NCBI GenBank assembly: GCA_947625025.1
Contig: CANQMQ010000007.1
Coordinates: 14,117-78,116 of the forward strand
DNA: 64,000 nt
Reading direction: 5' to 3'
Source of the DNA: an uncultured Clostridia bacterium
GTDB taxonomy: Bacteria > Bacillota > Clostridia > Christensenellales > Borkfalkiaceae
A model generated the notes under the pieces. The model was not told where the DNA came from and searched no databases. It saw only the letters and a list, made by a program, of their open reading frames with translations. Both the position numbers and the translations under genes were made by a program. Of this stretch, positions 15,575 to 23,360 are shown one piece after another; the first letter of the stretch is position 1, and the number at the start of each line of letters is the position of its first letter.

Positions 15575-16612
15575 TCAGTCGTCGAAGTCGAAGAAATTTT
15601 CGTAATCGGGGCTATCGGAGAACTTATAACGGTAGGTATCCCCGTCCTTTATAACGGTGAAGCGGCCGCGCTCGCCATCCAACGTGTATTCGACTTCGAA
15701 GGAAGTTTTGCCGCCTACCGTCTCCTTTTCAATTTCATAATACCCGTGCGAATCGCCGCTCAAAAAGCGAATGGAGTACTCACTCTCAGACATGGTACCC
15801 TCCGATTCCGTCTCGAAGCTGATTTCCGTCGCCTCAACGAGCTTGCCGTTTGCATAGGTACGGTAGGTGTAGAGGGCCTCTTCTTCGCTCTCGCCCTCCT
15901 CCTGTTCCACACCCGAGGAATGGGTGAGCTCGACAAAGTCTTCGGTGTCTCCATCGCGGTAGGCGCGCATGGTGAGGGTGCTTACGCGCTCGGTCTCCGT
16001 TTCACGGCCTTCCGTCTCCGTCTCGGTGCGCTCGACGCGCGTCCCCTCCATGCGGTAGTAGACGGTGCCATCCTCCGTGCTCCCCATCTCTACCGCGCCT
16101 TGCAGGGTGTACGTCGTGGATTCCACCGTCGTCGTCTCATCGCCGTCCGTGCGGGTATCCGTCTTGGGCGCCCCCGCCGTCTCGGAGAAGTAGACGGTGT
16201 GCGTTACAGCCTCCCCCGCGGCATTCTTGCCCGTTACGGTCAGCTTGAAGGGGTACGCGCTCAGGGCGGGGTCGGTGGAGGGATTGGCCTCGACCGTCGT
16301 CTTTGTGCCCGCCTTATCGAGGAAACTATCGAGCATGTTGAAGTACTTGTTGAAGTCCTCGGCCTCATCGCGGACGCCATTTGTTGCCGCAAGGGTTACG
16401 GTGGACGCCGCGGTGGTGGCTTCAAGCAGTTTTGCGGTGGTGACGGCGGCGACGCCGTACACCGATTCGGTGCTCCCCAAGCCGTAATAGGTGCCCTTCT
16501 CGGCCTCGATGGGCCCCGGGGCGGGGTCGTTTCCCCTCCCGTTGCAGGCAGCAAGCGGCAGAGCGGCCACTCCGAGCAGCGCAACCGTCAACAAAATGCG
16601 TGATTTTTTCAT
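15575..16612 (-). CDS. 345-aa acidic lipoprotein, function unknown
   Basis: Signal plus lipobox ALPLAAC. AGGAGGAGG RBS. T/E/D-rich with TETETEGRETETE stretches. Confidence 0.7.
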   Translation of the reverse strand: MKKSRILLTVALLGVAALPLAACNGRGNDPAPGPIEAEKGTYYGLGSTESVYGVAAVTTAKLLEATTAASTVTLAATNGVRDEAEDFNKYFNMLDSFLDKAGTKTTVEANPSTDPALSAYPFKLTVTGKNAAGEAVTHTVYFSETAGAPKTDTRTDGDETTTVESTTYTLQGAVEMGSTEDGTVYYRMEGTRVERTETETEGRETETERVSTLTMRAYRDGDTEDFVELTHSSGVEQEEGESEEEALYTYRTYANGKLVEATEISFETESEGTMSESEYSIRFLSGDSHGYYEIEKETVGGKTSFEVEYTLDGERGRFTVIKDGDTYRYKFSDSPDYENFFDFDD

Positions 16613-16761
16613 AAAATCCTCCTCCTGAATTTACTCTCAAGGGCATCGCCCGCCGGCAAGGCCCTTTCTCTTCGGGCATCCTGCCCGATTCCACTTTATT
16701 GTATCACGCCCTCCCGCATTTGTCAAGCGCGGAATGATTTCCGAAATCCGGAAAGAAATGC

Positions 16762-16790
16762 TTGACAGGTGTACATACTTATGTTATAAT
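16762..16790 (+). promoter_or_regulatory. sigma-70-type promoter of nifS-nifU-rrf2
   Basis: TTGACA-17 nt-TATAAT (consensus). Confidence 0.75.
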
Positions 16791-16812
16791 TCCTATTGAA
16801 AAGATAGGAATT
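16788..16812. promoter_or_regulatory. perfect 9-7-9 inverted repeat overlapping the -10/+1 region (candidate Rrf2 operator)
   Basis: AATTCCTAT-TGAAAAG-ATAGGAATT begins inside the -10 hexamer. Confidence 0.45.
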
Positions 16813-16825
16813 ACGGAGAACCGCC

Positions 16826-18013
16826 ATGTACATTTATGCAGACCATGCGGCAACCACAAAGCTCTCCGAACGCGCCGCCAAGGTATACCTTCAGACGGCG
16901 CAGGAGGTCTACGGCAACCCCTCCTCCCTGCATTCCACCGGGCAACGGGCGCAGGAAGTGCTTACCGAATGCCGTGAACAAATTGCCGCCATCCTCGGAG
17001 CGAGCCCGCGGGAGATCTACTTCACCTCGGGCGGGAGCGAATCGGATAACCAGGCCATCCTCTCTGCCGCCTACGCGGGCGCCAAAAAGGGCAAACGCAA
17101 GCTCATTTCCACTGCCATCGAGCACCACGCCGTGCTTCACACCCTCAAAAAACTCCAAAAGGAGGGGTTCGAAGTGGTACTCCTCCCCGTCGGCACCAAC
17201 GGCATCGTAGACGTCAAGGACGTAGAGGCCGCCATCGACGATTCGACCGCCCTCGTCTCCGTGATGTTTGCCAACAACGAGATCGGCACCCTTCAGCCCG
17301 TTGCCGAAATCGGCGCCCTCTGCAGGAAGCGGGGGGTCCTCTTCCACACCGATGCGGTGCAGGCGGTGGGCCATGTGCCCGTCAACGTGAAGGAGCTCTC
17401 CTGCGATTACCTTGCCCTCTCCGCCCACAAGTTCTCGGGGCCCAAGGGCGTGGGCGTACTCTACTGCCGCACGGGCGCTCCGCTCACCTCCCTCATCGAG
17501 GGCGGCGCACAGGAAAAACACAAGCGGGCGGGCACCGAAGATCTCCCCGCCATTGCCGCCATGACGGAGGCTTTGAAGGAGTCTGTTGCGGACATGGGCG
17601 CCACTTCCGTCATGCTGCGTCACTTGCAGGACCGCCTCATCGACGGCCTCTCCAAGATCCCTCACTGTGCCCTTAACGGGGATAGGGAAAAGCGGCTTCC
17701 CTCCAATGTGAGCTTCTGCTTCGAGGGCATTGAGGGGGAATCCCTGCTCCTGCTTCTCGATGAAAAGGGCATTTGCGCCTCTTCGGGGTCTGCATGCACC
17801 TCGGGCTCACTGGATCCCTCCCATGTGCTGCTCGCCATCGGGCGGGTGCACGATGTAGCGCACGGCTCCCTCCGCCTCACCCTTGGGGCGGAAAACACCG
17901 AGGAAGAGGTCGATTACCTCATCCAATCGGTTGAGGAAGTCGTCGCATACCTTCGCGGCATGTCCCCCGTGTGGCGGGATCTGCAGGAAGGCAAACGGCA
18001 ATACATTCTGTAA
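16826..18013 (+). CDS. nifS: cysteine desulfurase (NifS/IscS class)
   Basis: YADHAATT, SGGSESDN, ALSAHKFSGPKGVG (PLP lysine) and the SSGSACTS active-site loop. Confidence 0.9.
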   Translation: MYIYADHAATTKLSERAAKVYLQTAQEVYGNPSSLHSTGQRAQEVLTECREQIAAILGASPREIYFTSGGSESDNQAILSAAYAGAKKGKRKLISTAIEHHAVLHTLKKLQKEGFEVVLLPVGTNGIVDVKDVEAAIDDSTALVSVMFANNEIGTLQPVAEIGALCRKRGVLFHTDAVQAVGHVPVNVKELSCDYLALSAHKFSGPKGVGVLYCRTGAPLTSLIEGGAQEKHKRAGTEDLPAIAAMTEALKESVADMGATSVMLRHLQDRLIDGLSKIPHCALNGDREKRLPSNVSFCFEGIEGESLLLLLDEKGICASSGSACTSGSLDPSHVLLAIGRVHDVAHGSLRLTLGAENTEEEVDYLIQSVEEVVAYLRGMSPVWRDLQEGKRQYIL

Positions 18014-18028
18014 TACAAGGAGAAAGGT

Positions 18029-18484
18029 ATGTCTTTATACAGTGAAAAGGTGATGGACCACTTCAAACATCCCCGCAACGTGGGCATCATTGAGGATGCG
18101 GACGGCATCGGGGAAGTCGGCAACGCCAAGTGCGGAGACATCATGAAGATGTATATCAAGGTGCAGGACGGCATCTTGGTAGACGTAAAATTTGAGACCT
18201 TCGGGTGCGGCAGTGCAATTGCTTCCTCCTCGATGGCGACCGAGATGATCAAGGGGAAACCGTTGGAAGAGGCCCTCACCCTCACCAACCGTGCGGTAAC
18301 GGAGGCCCTCGGGGGGCTTCCCGCCTACAAACTCCACTGCTCCGTGCTTGCCGAGCAGGCGGTGCAGGCGGCCATTCTCGATTACTACACCAAGAACAAC
18401 ATCCCCTACGACCCCTCCAAATTTAAGGATGCCCTCTGTGCCCATGAACATGAGCACGAGCACGACGAGGGAGAAGAGGAATGA
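18029..18484 (+). CDS. nifU: Fe-S cluster scaffold NifU/IscU
   Basis: HPRNVG, GNAKCGDIMK, FGCGSAIASSS and HCSVLAEQA are the three-Cys IscU signature. His/Glu-rich tail. Confidence 0.9.
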   Translation: MSLYSEKVMDHFKHPRNVGIIEDADGIGEVGNAKCGDIMKMYIKVQDGILVDVKFETFGCGSAIASSSMATEMIKGKPLEEALTLTNRAVTEALGGLPAYKLHCSVLAEQAVQAAILDYYTKNNIPYDPSKFKDALCAHEHEHEHDEGEEE

Positions 18485-18882
18485 TCGTCTCCACCCGCGG
18501 ACGATATGCCCTGCGCATTCTGACCGAGCTTGCCGCAAGAGAGGAGAGCGCGTCCCTAAGGGATGTCGCCCAAAAGCAGGCCATTCCCTTCAAATACGCC
18601 GAGAGCATCATGCGCTCCCTCGTGAAGGCGGGGTTTGTGAAGAGTACGCGCGGCAAGAACGGGGGTTACTCCCTCACCCGTCCGCCCGAAGAACTTACGC
18701 TTGCGGAGGTACTCAGGGTCGCCGAAGATTCGCTTGCCGCCACCGATTGCACGGGCCGCAAGGAGGCCGAGTGCCCCAATGCCGCGACCTGCCCCTCCCT
18801 GCCCGTATGGCGCGCCCTCGATGAAACGGTGTACGCCTTCCTCTCCCAATACACCCTCTTGGATTTAATGCCAAAAGCATAA
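18481..18882 (+). CDS. Rrf2-family transcriptional regulator (IscR/CymR-like) with C-terminal Cys cluster
   Basis: STRGRYALRILTELA...GGYSLTRPPEELTLAEVLR wHTH. Cys residues at CTGRKEAECPNAATC. ATGA overlap with nifU. Confidence 0.85.
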   Translation: MIVSTRGRYALRILTELAAREESASLRDVAQKQAIPFKYAESIMRSLVKAGFVKSTRGKNGGYSLTRPPEELTLAEVLRVAEDSLAATDCTGRKEAECPNAATCPSLPVWRALDETVYAFLSQYTLLDLMPKA

Positions 18883-18900
18883 TATGATAGCATATGGAAT

Positions 18901-18934
18901 GCGCCGCGGCGAATGCCGCGGCGCAACTGTTTTT
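18901..18934. terminator. GC-rich hairpin between convergent genes (likely bidirectional terminator)
   Basis: GCGCCGCGGC-GAAT-GCCGCGGCGC, then AACTGTTTTT. Confidence 0.7.
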
Positions 18935-18942
18935 ATATAACT

Positions 18943-20265
18943 TCAAACATCGCTGAAGAATTCTTCGTAGACGGCGCGGACGGTGCGCTCGTAGTTCTCG
19001 TTGTCTACCCCCACGATGATGTTGAGCTCGGAGGAGCCCTGGTCGATCATGCGGACGTTGACGCCCGCGCGCGCGATCGCCCGAAAGAGGCGGGCAGAGG
19101 TACCGATGTTCCTGCTCATCCCGTGCCCCACGACGGCAATCAGCGCGACGTCGTTTATGACGCTCAATTTATTCGGGGATACGGCCTCCTTGATCTCCTC
19201 GCAAATTTGCTCCAATACCCCGTTTTTGAGCACTTCCGTATCAATCACAAAGGACATCGTATCGATTCCGGAAGGCATATGTTCGAAGGAGATGCCGTGC
19301 TTTAAGAACACCCCGAGCACGTGGTAGGTGAACCCGATCTCCGTATTCATCAGCGATTTTTCGAGGTAGAGGACGGTAAAGTTCTTCTTCCCCGCAATGC
19401 CCGTGACGGTTCTGCCCGTGTAGCGGTACTTGGAGATGGGCAGAATCAGGGTGCCCTCATCCTCGGGGCGGAAGGTATTCTTGATGCGGATGGGGATATC
19501 CGCCTGCCGCACGGGGAAGATGGATTCGCTGTGCAGAACATTTGCGCCCATGTAGGAGAGCTCCCGAAGCTCCTTATAGGAGAGGGAGGGGATGCCCGCA
19601 GGGCGGGGTACGATATGGGGGTCGCAGGCGAGGAAGCCCGAGACGTCCGTCCAATTCTCATAGAGGTACGCCCCCGCCGCCCGTGCCACGATGGCGCCCG
19701 AAATATCGCTCCCGCCCCGTGAGAACGTCTTTACCTTTCCGTCTGCGCCCTCGCCATAGAATCCTGCGACGACGGCGTTCTTCTTCCCCTTGAGGGCGGC
19801 ACGCAGGAGCGCATAGGTGCGGGTATCGTCGAGTCTGCCATCGGGGCCGAATTTGACAACTTCTCGCGCGTCGATGAAGGGCATTTGAAGGAGCTCCGCC
19901 ATCACGATGCCCGTGAGGTATTCCCCGCGGGAGGCGGCAAAATCCTCCGTTCCCTCCCGCTCGATCTCCTCCGCCGTCCTTGTAAGCAGGGCTTCGATAT
20001 CGAGAGAGAGGCCGAGTTCGTGCACGATGGAGCGGAACCGCTCTGCAACTTTTTGGTAGGAATCCCCGACATGCCCCCCCTCTTTTATCTCACGGTAGGT
20101 TTCGTACAGCAAATCGGTCACCTTGCTATCCGCGCTGTACCGCTTGCCGGGGGCGGACACGACGACGTATCGGCATTCGGGGTCCGAGAGGACGATCTCG
20201 CGGACGCGGCGCATCGTGGTGCCGTCCGCCATCGACGTCCCGCCGAATTTACAGACCTTAATCAT
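18943..20265 (-). CDS. ask: aspartate kinase
   Basis: KFGGTSMADG N-terminus, kinase core and C-terminal ACT repeats (ALIAVVGHGM...VNVRMIDQGSSELNI). Confidence 0.9.
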   Translation of the reverse strand: MIKVCKFGGTSMADGTTMRRVREIVLSDPECRYVVVSAPGKRYSADSKVTDLLYETYREIKEGGHVGDSYQKVAERFRSIVHELGLSLDIEALLTRTAEEIEREGTEDFAASRGEYLTGIVMAELLQMPFIDAREVVKFGPDGRLDDTRTYALLRAALKGKKNAVVAGFYGEGADGKVKTFSRGGSDISGAIVARAAGAYLYENWTDVSGFLACDPHIVPRPAGIPSLSYKELRELSYMGANVLHSESIFPVRQADIPIRIKNTFRPEDEGTLILPISKYRYTGRTVTGIAGKKNFTVLYLEKSLMNTEIGFTYHVLGVFLKHGISFEHMPSGIDTMSFVIDTEVLKNGVLEQICEEIKEAVSPNKLSVINDVALIAVVGHGMSRNIGTSARLFRAIARAGVNVRMIDQGSSELNIIVGVDNENYERTVRAVYEEFFSDV

Positions 20266-21367
20266 AGCTCACTTCCCTTCCCTCCAAGGTGGCGCGGGGT
20301 TCTGCGACGCCGAATGCGTCTGCGGGGTACGGCCCGCCCTTCAAACGGAAGAGGTCCTCCTTTTCGGGTGCACACAGGAGCACGGCGGCGCCGCCCTGTT
20401 CTACGGCGGTGCGCGCCTTCTTTTTTGAACGGGTGAGGGTGAGCTCCCCGCCATCCTGCCGTAAAAATTCACGGAGGGCATGCTCTGCTTCGGGGACCTG
20501 CTCGGCATTTTTGAGGGCTACGAGGTTCCCTTCCCGCGTACACTTCACCTTTTTCATCATGTAATCGGCGAGCGCGGCGCTATCCGTCCCCTCCACGATG
20601 CGGTGGATGGGTTGGAGGGCTACGGCGTCGTCGTACCCATTCACAAACTCCGCAAGCAGGAAGCGGGCGGGGTGCATGGCGCACTGCTCCTCGGTGAGGC
20701 TCTCCTTGAGCGCTTCCCAGTGCCGCTTGGCGGCGTAGACCTCATCGGCGCCCTCTACAACGACAAAACAGGGGTCTCCGCGGCTCGGCAGGTCGCTCGC
20801 GACAACTTCAGACCAATCGTCGGGGATATAGCTCCCCCGAATGGAGCCGCTCGCAAGCTCGTAGGAATACACCTCTTCCAAATCGGCCCGCGTGAGGGCA
20901 TCGTTGAGTTTATTCTTCTTATCGCGGTAGAGCACCATCACGGAGGGGAACTCGAGCGGGCACACCTTTCTGAGTTCAACCCGAGGCTCCATCTTCTTGG
21001 AGGGTACCATGCCCGAGGTTACGGCCTCATTTTCATCGAAGTACTCCAAATCGAAGGCGGCGACTACGCCGCGGCGGACGCCTGAGCGTGTGGTACGTTC
21101 CACGAACATGAGCCCGCGGTTGAGCTTTTCTATCCTATCCCCTTCGAGGGCGGCATACATATTCTCCCGTATCTCTTGGATACGGGCAGCCTCATCCTCA
21201 CAAAAATCGGGCAGAAGAAAGCGGAGCGCCGACGGAGTCTCCCCCGCAAGCCGCTCCACGCGCTCGTATTCGGTGCGGCTCCACCTGCAAGCGGCGGGCG
21301 CCGACCAAAGCTCTGCATTCTCCCGTGCCACATAGAGGCGGGGAACGCGTATCAGCTCCCTTCTCAT
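20258..21367 (-). CDS. DUF1015-like protein (divergent)
   Basis: Layout ...GVRRGVVAAFDLEYFDE...VPSKKMEPRVELRK...PSVMVLY.D and ...LQPIHRIV resembles DUF1015, but the usual GHHR is replaced. Start at 21367, not 21547. Confidence 0.45.
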   Translation of the reverse strand: MRRELIRVPRLYVARENAELWSAPAACRWSRTEYERVERLAGETPSALRFLLPDFCEDEAARIQEIRENMYAALEGDRIEKLNRGLMFVERTTRSGVRRGVVAAFDLEYFDENEAVTSGMVPSKKMEPRVELRKVCPLEFPSVMVLYRDKKNKLNDALTRADLEEVYSYELASGSIRGSYIPDDWSEVVASDLPSRGDPCFVVVEGADEVYAAKRHWEALKESLTEEQCAMHPARFLLAEFVNGYDDAVALQPIHRIVEGTDSAALADYMMKKVKCTREGNLVALKNAEQVPEAEHALREFLRQDGGELTLTRSKKKARTAVEQGGAAVLLCAPEKEDLFRLKGGPYPADAFGVAEPRATLEGREVSYD

Positions 21368-21471
21368 ATGGCGTTGATAATGACGACGCAGGCAAACGCC
21401 AACACGAGTGCCAAAAGTTTTAAGGGAATGTTGTGCGTAAACCACATCTTGAGGCGTTCCGAGAATTTCAT
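21364..21471 (-). CDS. 35-codon single-TM sORF resembling the N-terminus of CdaR/YbbR
   Basis: MKFSERLKMWFTHNIPLKLLALVLAFACVVIINAI. GGAGGG RBS. ATGA overlaps with cdaA (upstream) and with the next gene (downstream). Below the track size cutoff. Confidence 0.45.
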   Translation of the reverse strand: MKFSERLKMWFTHNIPLKLLALVLAFACVVIINAI

Positions 21472-22304
21472 GCCTTTTTACCCTCCGCGTTGAATTCTTT
21501 CCAATAGTAATCCTTGAGGAAGCGGCGCAGGTTCTCGCTATCCACATACCGCGTAATTTCCCCGCGCTTCACCACGGATACGATGCCCGTCTCCTCGGAG
21601 ACGATGATGGTGGAGACGTCTGCGACCTCGGTGACCCCGATGCCCGCACGGTGACGGGTGCCGTATTCCTTGGGAAAATCCCGCTGCGTGAGGGGCAAGA
21701 AGCACCCCGCCGCCTGAATTTTATCCCCATAGATGATCATGGCGCCGTCGTGCAGAGGGGCCTTGGGCACGAAGATGCCCTCGATGAGCTGATTGGAGAT
21801 GGCGGCATTGAGGGCAACGCCGCTCTCCACAATTTCCTTGGGCAGGTTCCCGTTGGAGAGCACGATGAGCGCCCCCGTATTGTTCTTGGAGAGGCTCTGC
21901 ACCGCCTTCACGATGCCCGTCACATATTCATCCGCACGGGCGGTGACGGCGGTCATTTTCGCCTGAGCGGCCGTCGAGGCCGTCATGGTAGGGCGCTTGC
22001 CCGCATTCCAGATGGAGCGTTTGATCTCCGTGCTGAAGAGAAAGAGGAAGAAGCTCGAGAGGAGTAGCACGAAGAGATAGAAGGCGGTGGCGTCGAAGTG
22101 CACCGAAAAGAGGGTGACGACGCCCGTTGCCGCAATCAGGAGAATGTATACGGGGATGAGCCGCCGTGCGTTGTTCTCCCACAGCGTCTTGAATACGATA
22201 TAGATTACCACGGCGAGGAGAAGGGTCTCCACCACCATGATCCACTGGAAGGGGCCCGTAAAGATCCCCTTGAGCCCGTTTAAGATGTCCTCAAATTTCC
22301 GCAT
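21468..22304 (-). CDS. cdaA: diadenylate cyclase CdaA
   Basis: Three N-terminal TM helices plus a DAC domain: TGALIVL, PLHDGAMII, GTRHRAGIGVTE, IIVSEETG. Confidence 0.92.
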   Translation of the reverse strand: MRKFEDILNGLKGIFTGPFQWIMVVETLLLAVVIYIVFKTLWENNARRLIPVYILLIAATGVVTLFSVHFDATAFYLFVLLLSSFFLFLFSTEIKRSIWNAGKRPTMTASTAAQAKMTAVTARADEYVTGIVKAVQSLSKNNTGALIVLSNGNLPKEIVESGVALNAAISNQLIEGIFVPKAPLHDGAMIIYGDKIQAAGCFLPLTQRDFPKEYGTRHRAGIGVTEVADVSTIIVSEETGIVSVVKRGEITRYVDSENLRRFLKDYYWKEFNAEGKKA

Positions 22305-22337
22305 GCTTCCTCCTTGCGCACACGCGCGTACACCACT

Positions 22338-22366
22338 ATTATATCGGGTTTGTACATAAAAAGCAA
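22338..22366 (-). promoter_or_regulatory. sigma-70-type promoter of cdaA operon
   Basis: Minus strand reads TTGCTT-17 nt-TATAAT. Confidence 0.55.
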
Positions 22367-22382
22367 AGATTTTCGGCGGTGT

Positions 22383-23360
22383 TTAGCCAAAAAATATTTT
22401 GGCAACGGCGGCGGAGAGCGCCCCCGCCTTGTTTTTCTGCCCGCTCCGCATCTCGGCGGAGAGCCCATAGAGGTAGAGATACAGCTCCCTCACCTTCTCC
22501 CGCCCCAACCTTCTCGCCGCTTCACGGTTCTTCTGCACGGCATAGGGCGCCATTTTGAGCACTGTACCGATCTCCGCATCCGACCCCGTCATTTGGGAAA
22601 TTTCGAGGAGCGTCCTGTAATGGGCGGTGAGCGAAGCGAGCGCGGCACTCTCATCGAAGCCCTTCTCCATGAGGTCGTGCAAGATCTCGCTGAAGGCGGA
22701 GTAGTTGCCCCGCGAGGCCGCCTGCGTGAGTTCGTATACCTTATATTCTACGTCCTTTGCGACGTTCTCTTCCACAACTTGGCGCGTTATCCTACCACCA
22801 TGTCCGAGCATGAGGGTCAATTTTTCAATTTCAAGACGCATACGGGCGGCATCGAGATTGCAGTAGTGCACCATGAGCGAACTCGCATCGGCATCAATTT
22901 GAAGCCCCTGCCGCCTTGCGAGCCCGAACAGCCAGCGGGAGAGGTTTTCCTCGCTCTCCCTGCCGCAGTCCACATAGCAAACGCCCTTCTTTTTCTTGAG
23001 GTCCGCCCCCTTCTTCGAGCCCGTATTCACGATGAGGAGCACCGTGGTGGGGCACGGCTTTTCGAGGTAGCCGGAAAGCTGCTCGAATTCCCGCTCGGTG
23101 GGGTAAAATTCGTACACCCGCACGAGCCGCCTCTCATCGAAGAAGGGGAGGGTCGCAAGCCCCGAAACAAAGGAGGAGAGCTTCTCGCCCTTGAGCGTTT
23201 CCCCCTCTATGCGCACATCGTTTAAGGCGGGCTGATTGAGCGCACACGCCTCACGGATGAGATTTACGGCGTGGTCGCGGAAGTAGGCCTCCGCCCCCTC
23301 GATGAGGTAGACGGGATCCAGGCCCCCCTCTATACTCTTTGCAAGTTGCGTAAACTTCAT
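22383..23360 (-). CDS. holA: DNA polymerase III delta subunit
   Basis: 325 aa, N-terminus ...PVYLIEGAEAYFRD..., positioned directly after comEC as in other Firmicutes. ATGA overlap. Confidence 0.75.
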   Translation of the reverse strand: MKFTQLAKSIEGGLDPVYLIEGAEAYFRDHAVNLIREACALNQPALNDVRIEGETLKGEKLSSFVSGLATLPFFDERRLVRVYEFYPTEREFEQLSGYLEKPCPTTVLLIVNTGSKKGADLKKKKGVCYVDCGRESEENLSRWLFGLARRQGLQIDADASSLMVHYCNLDAARMRLEIEKLTLMLGHGGRITRQVVEENVAKDVEYKVYELTQAASRGNYSAFSEILHDLMEKGFDESAALASLTAHYRTLLEISQMTGSDAEIGTVLKMAPYAVQKNREAARRLGREKVRELYLYLYGLSAEMRSGQKNKAGALSAAVAKIFFG

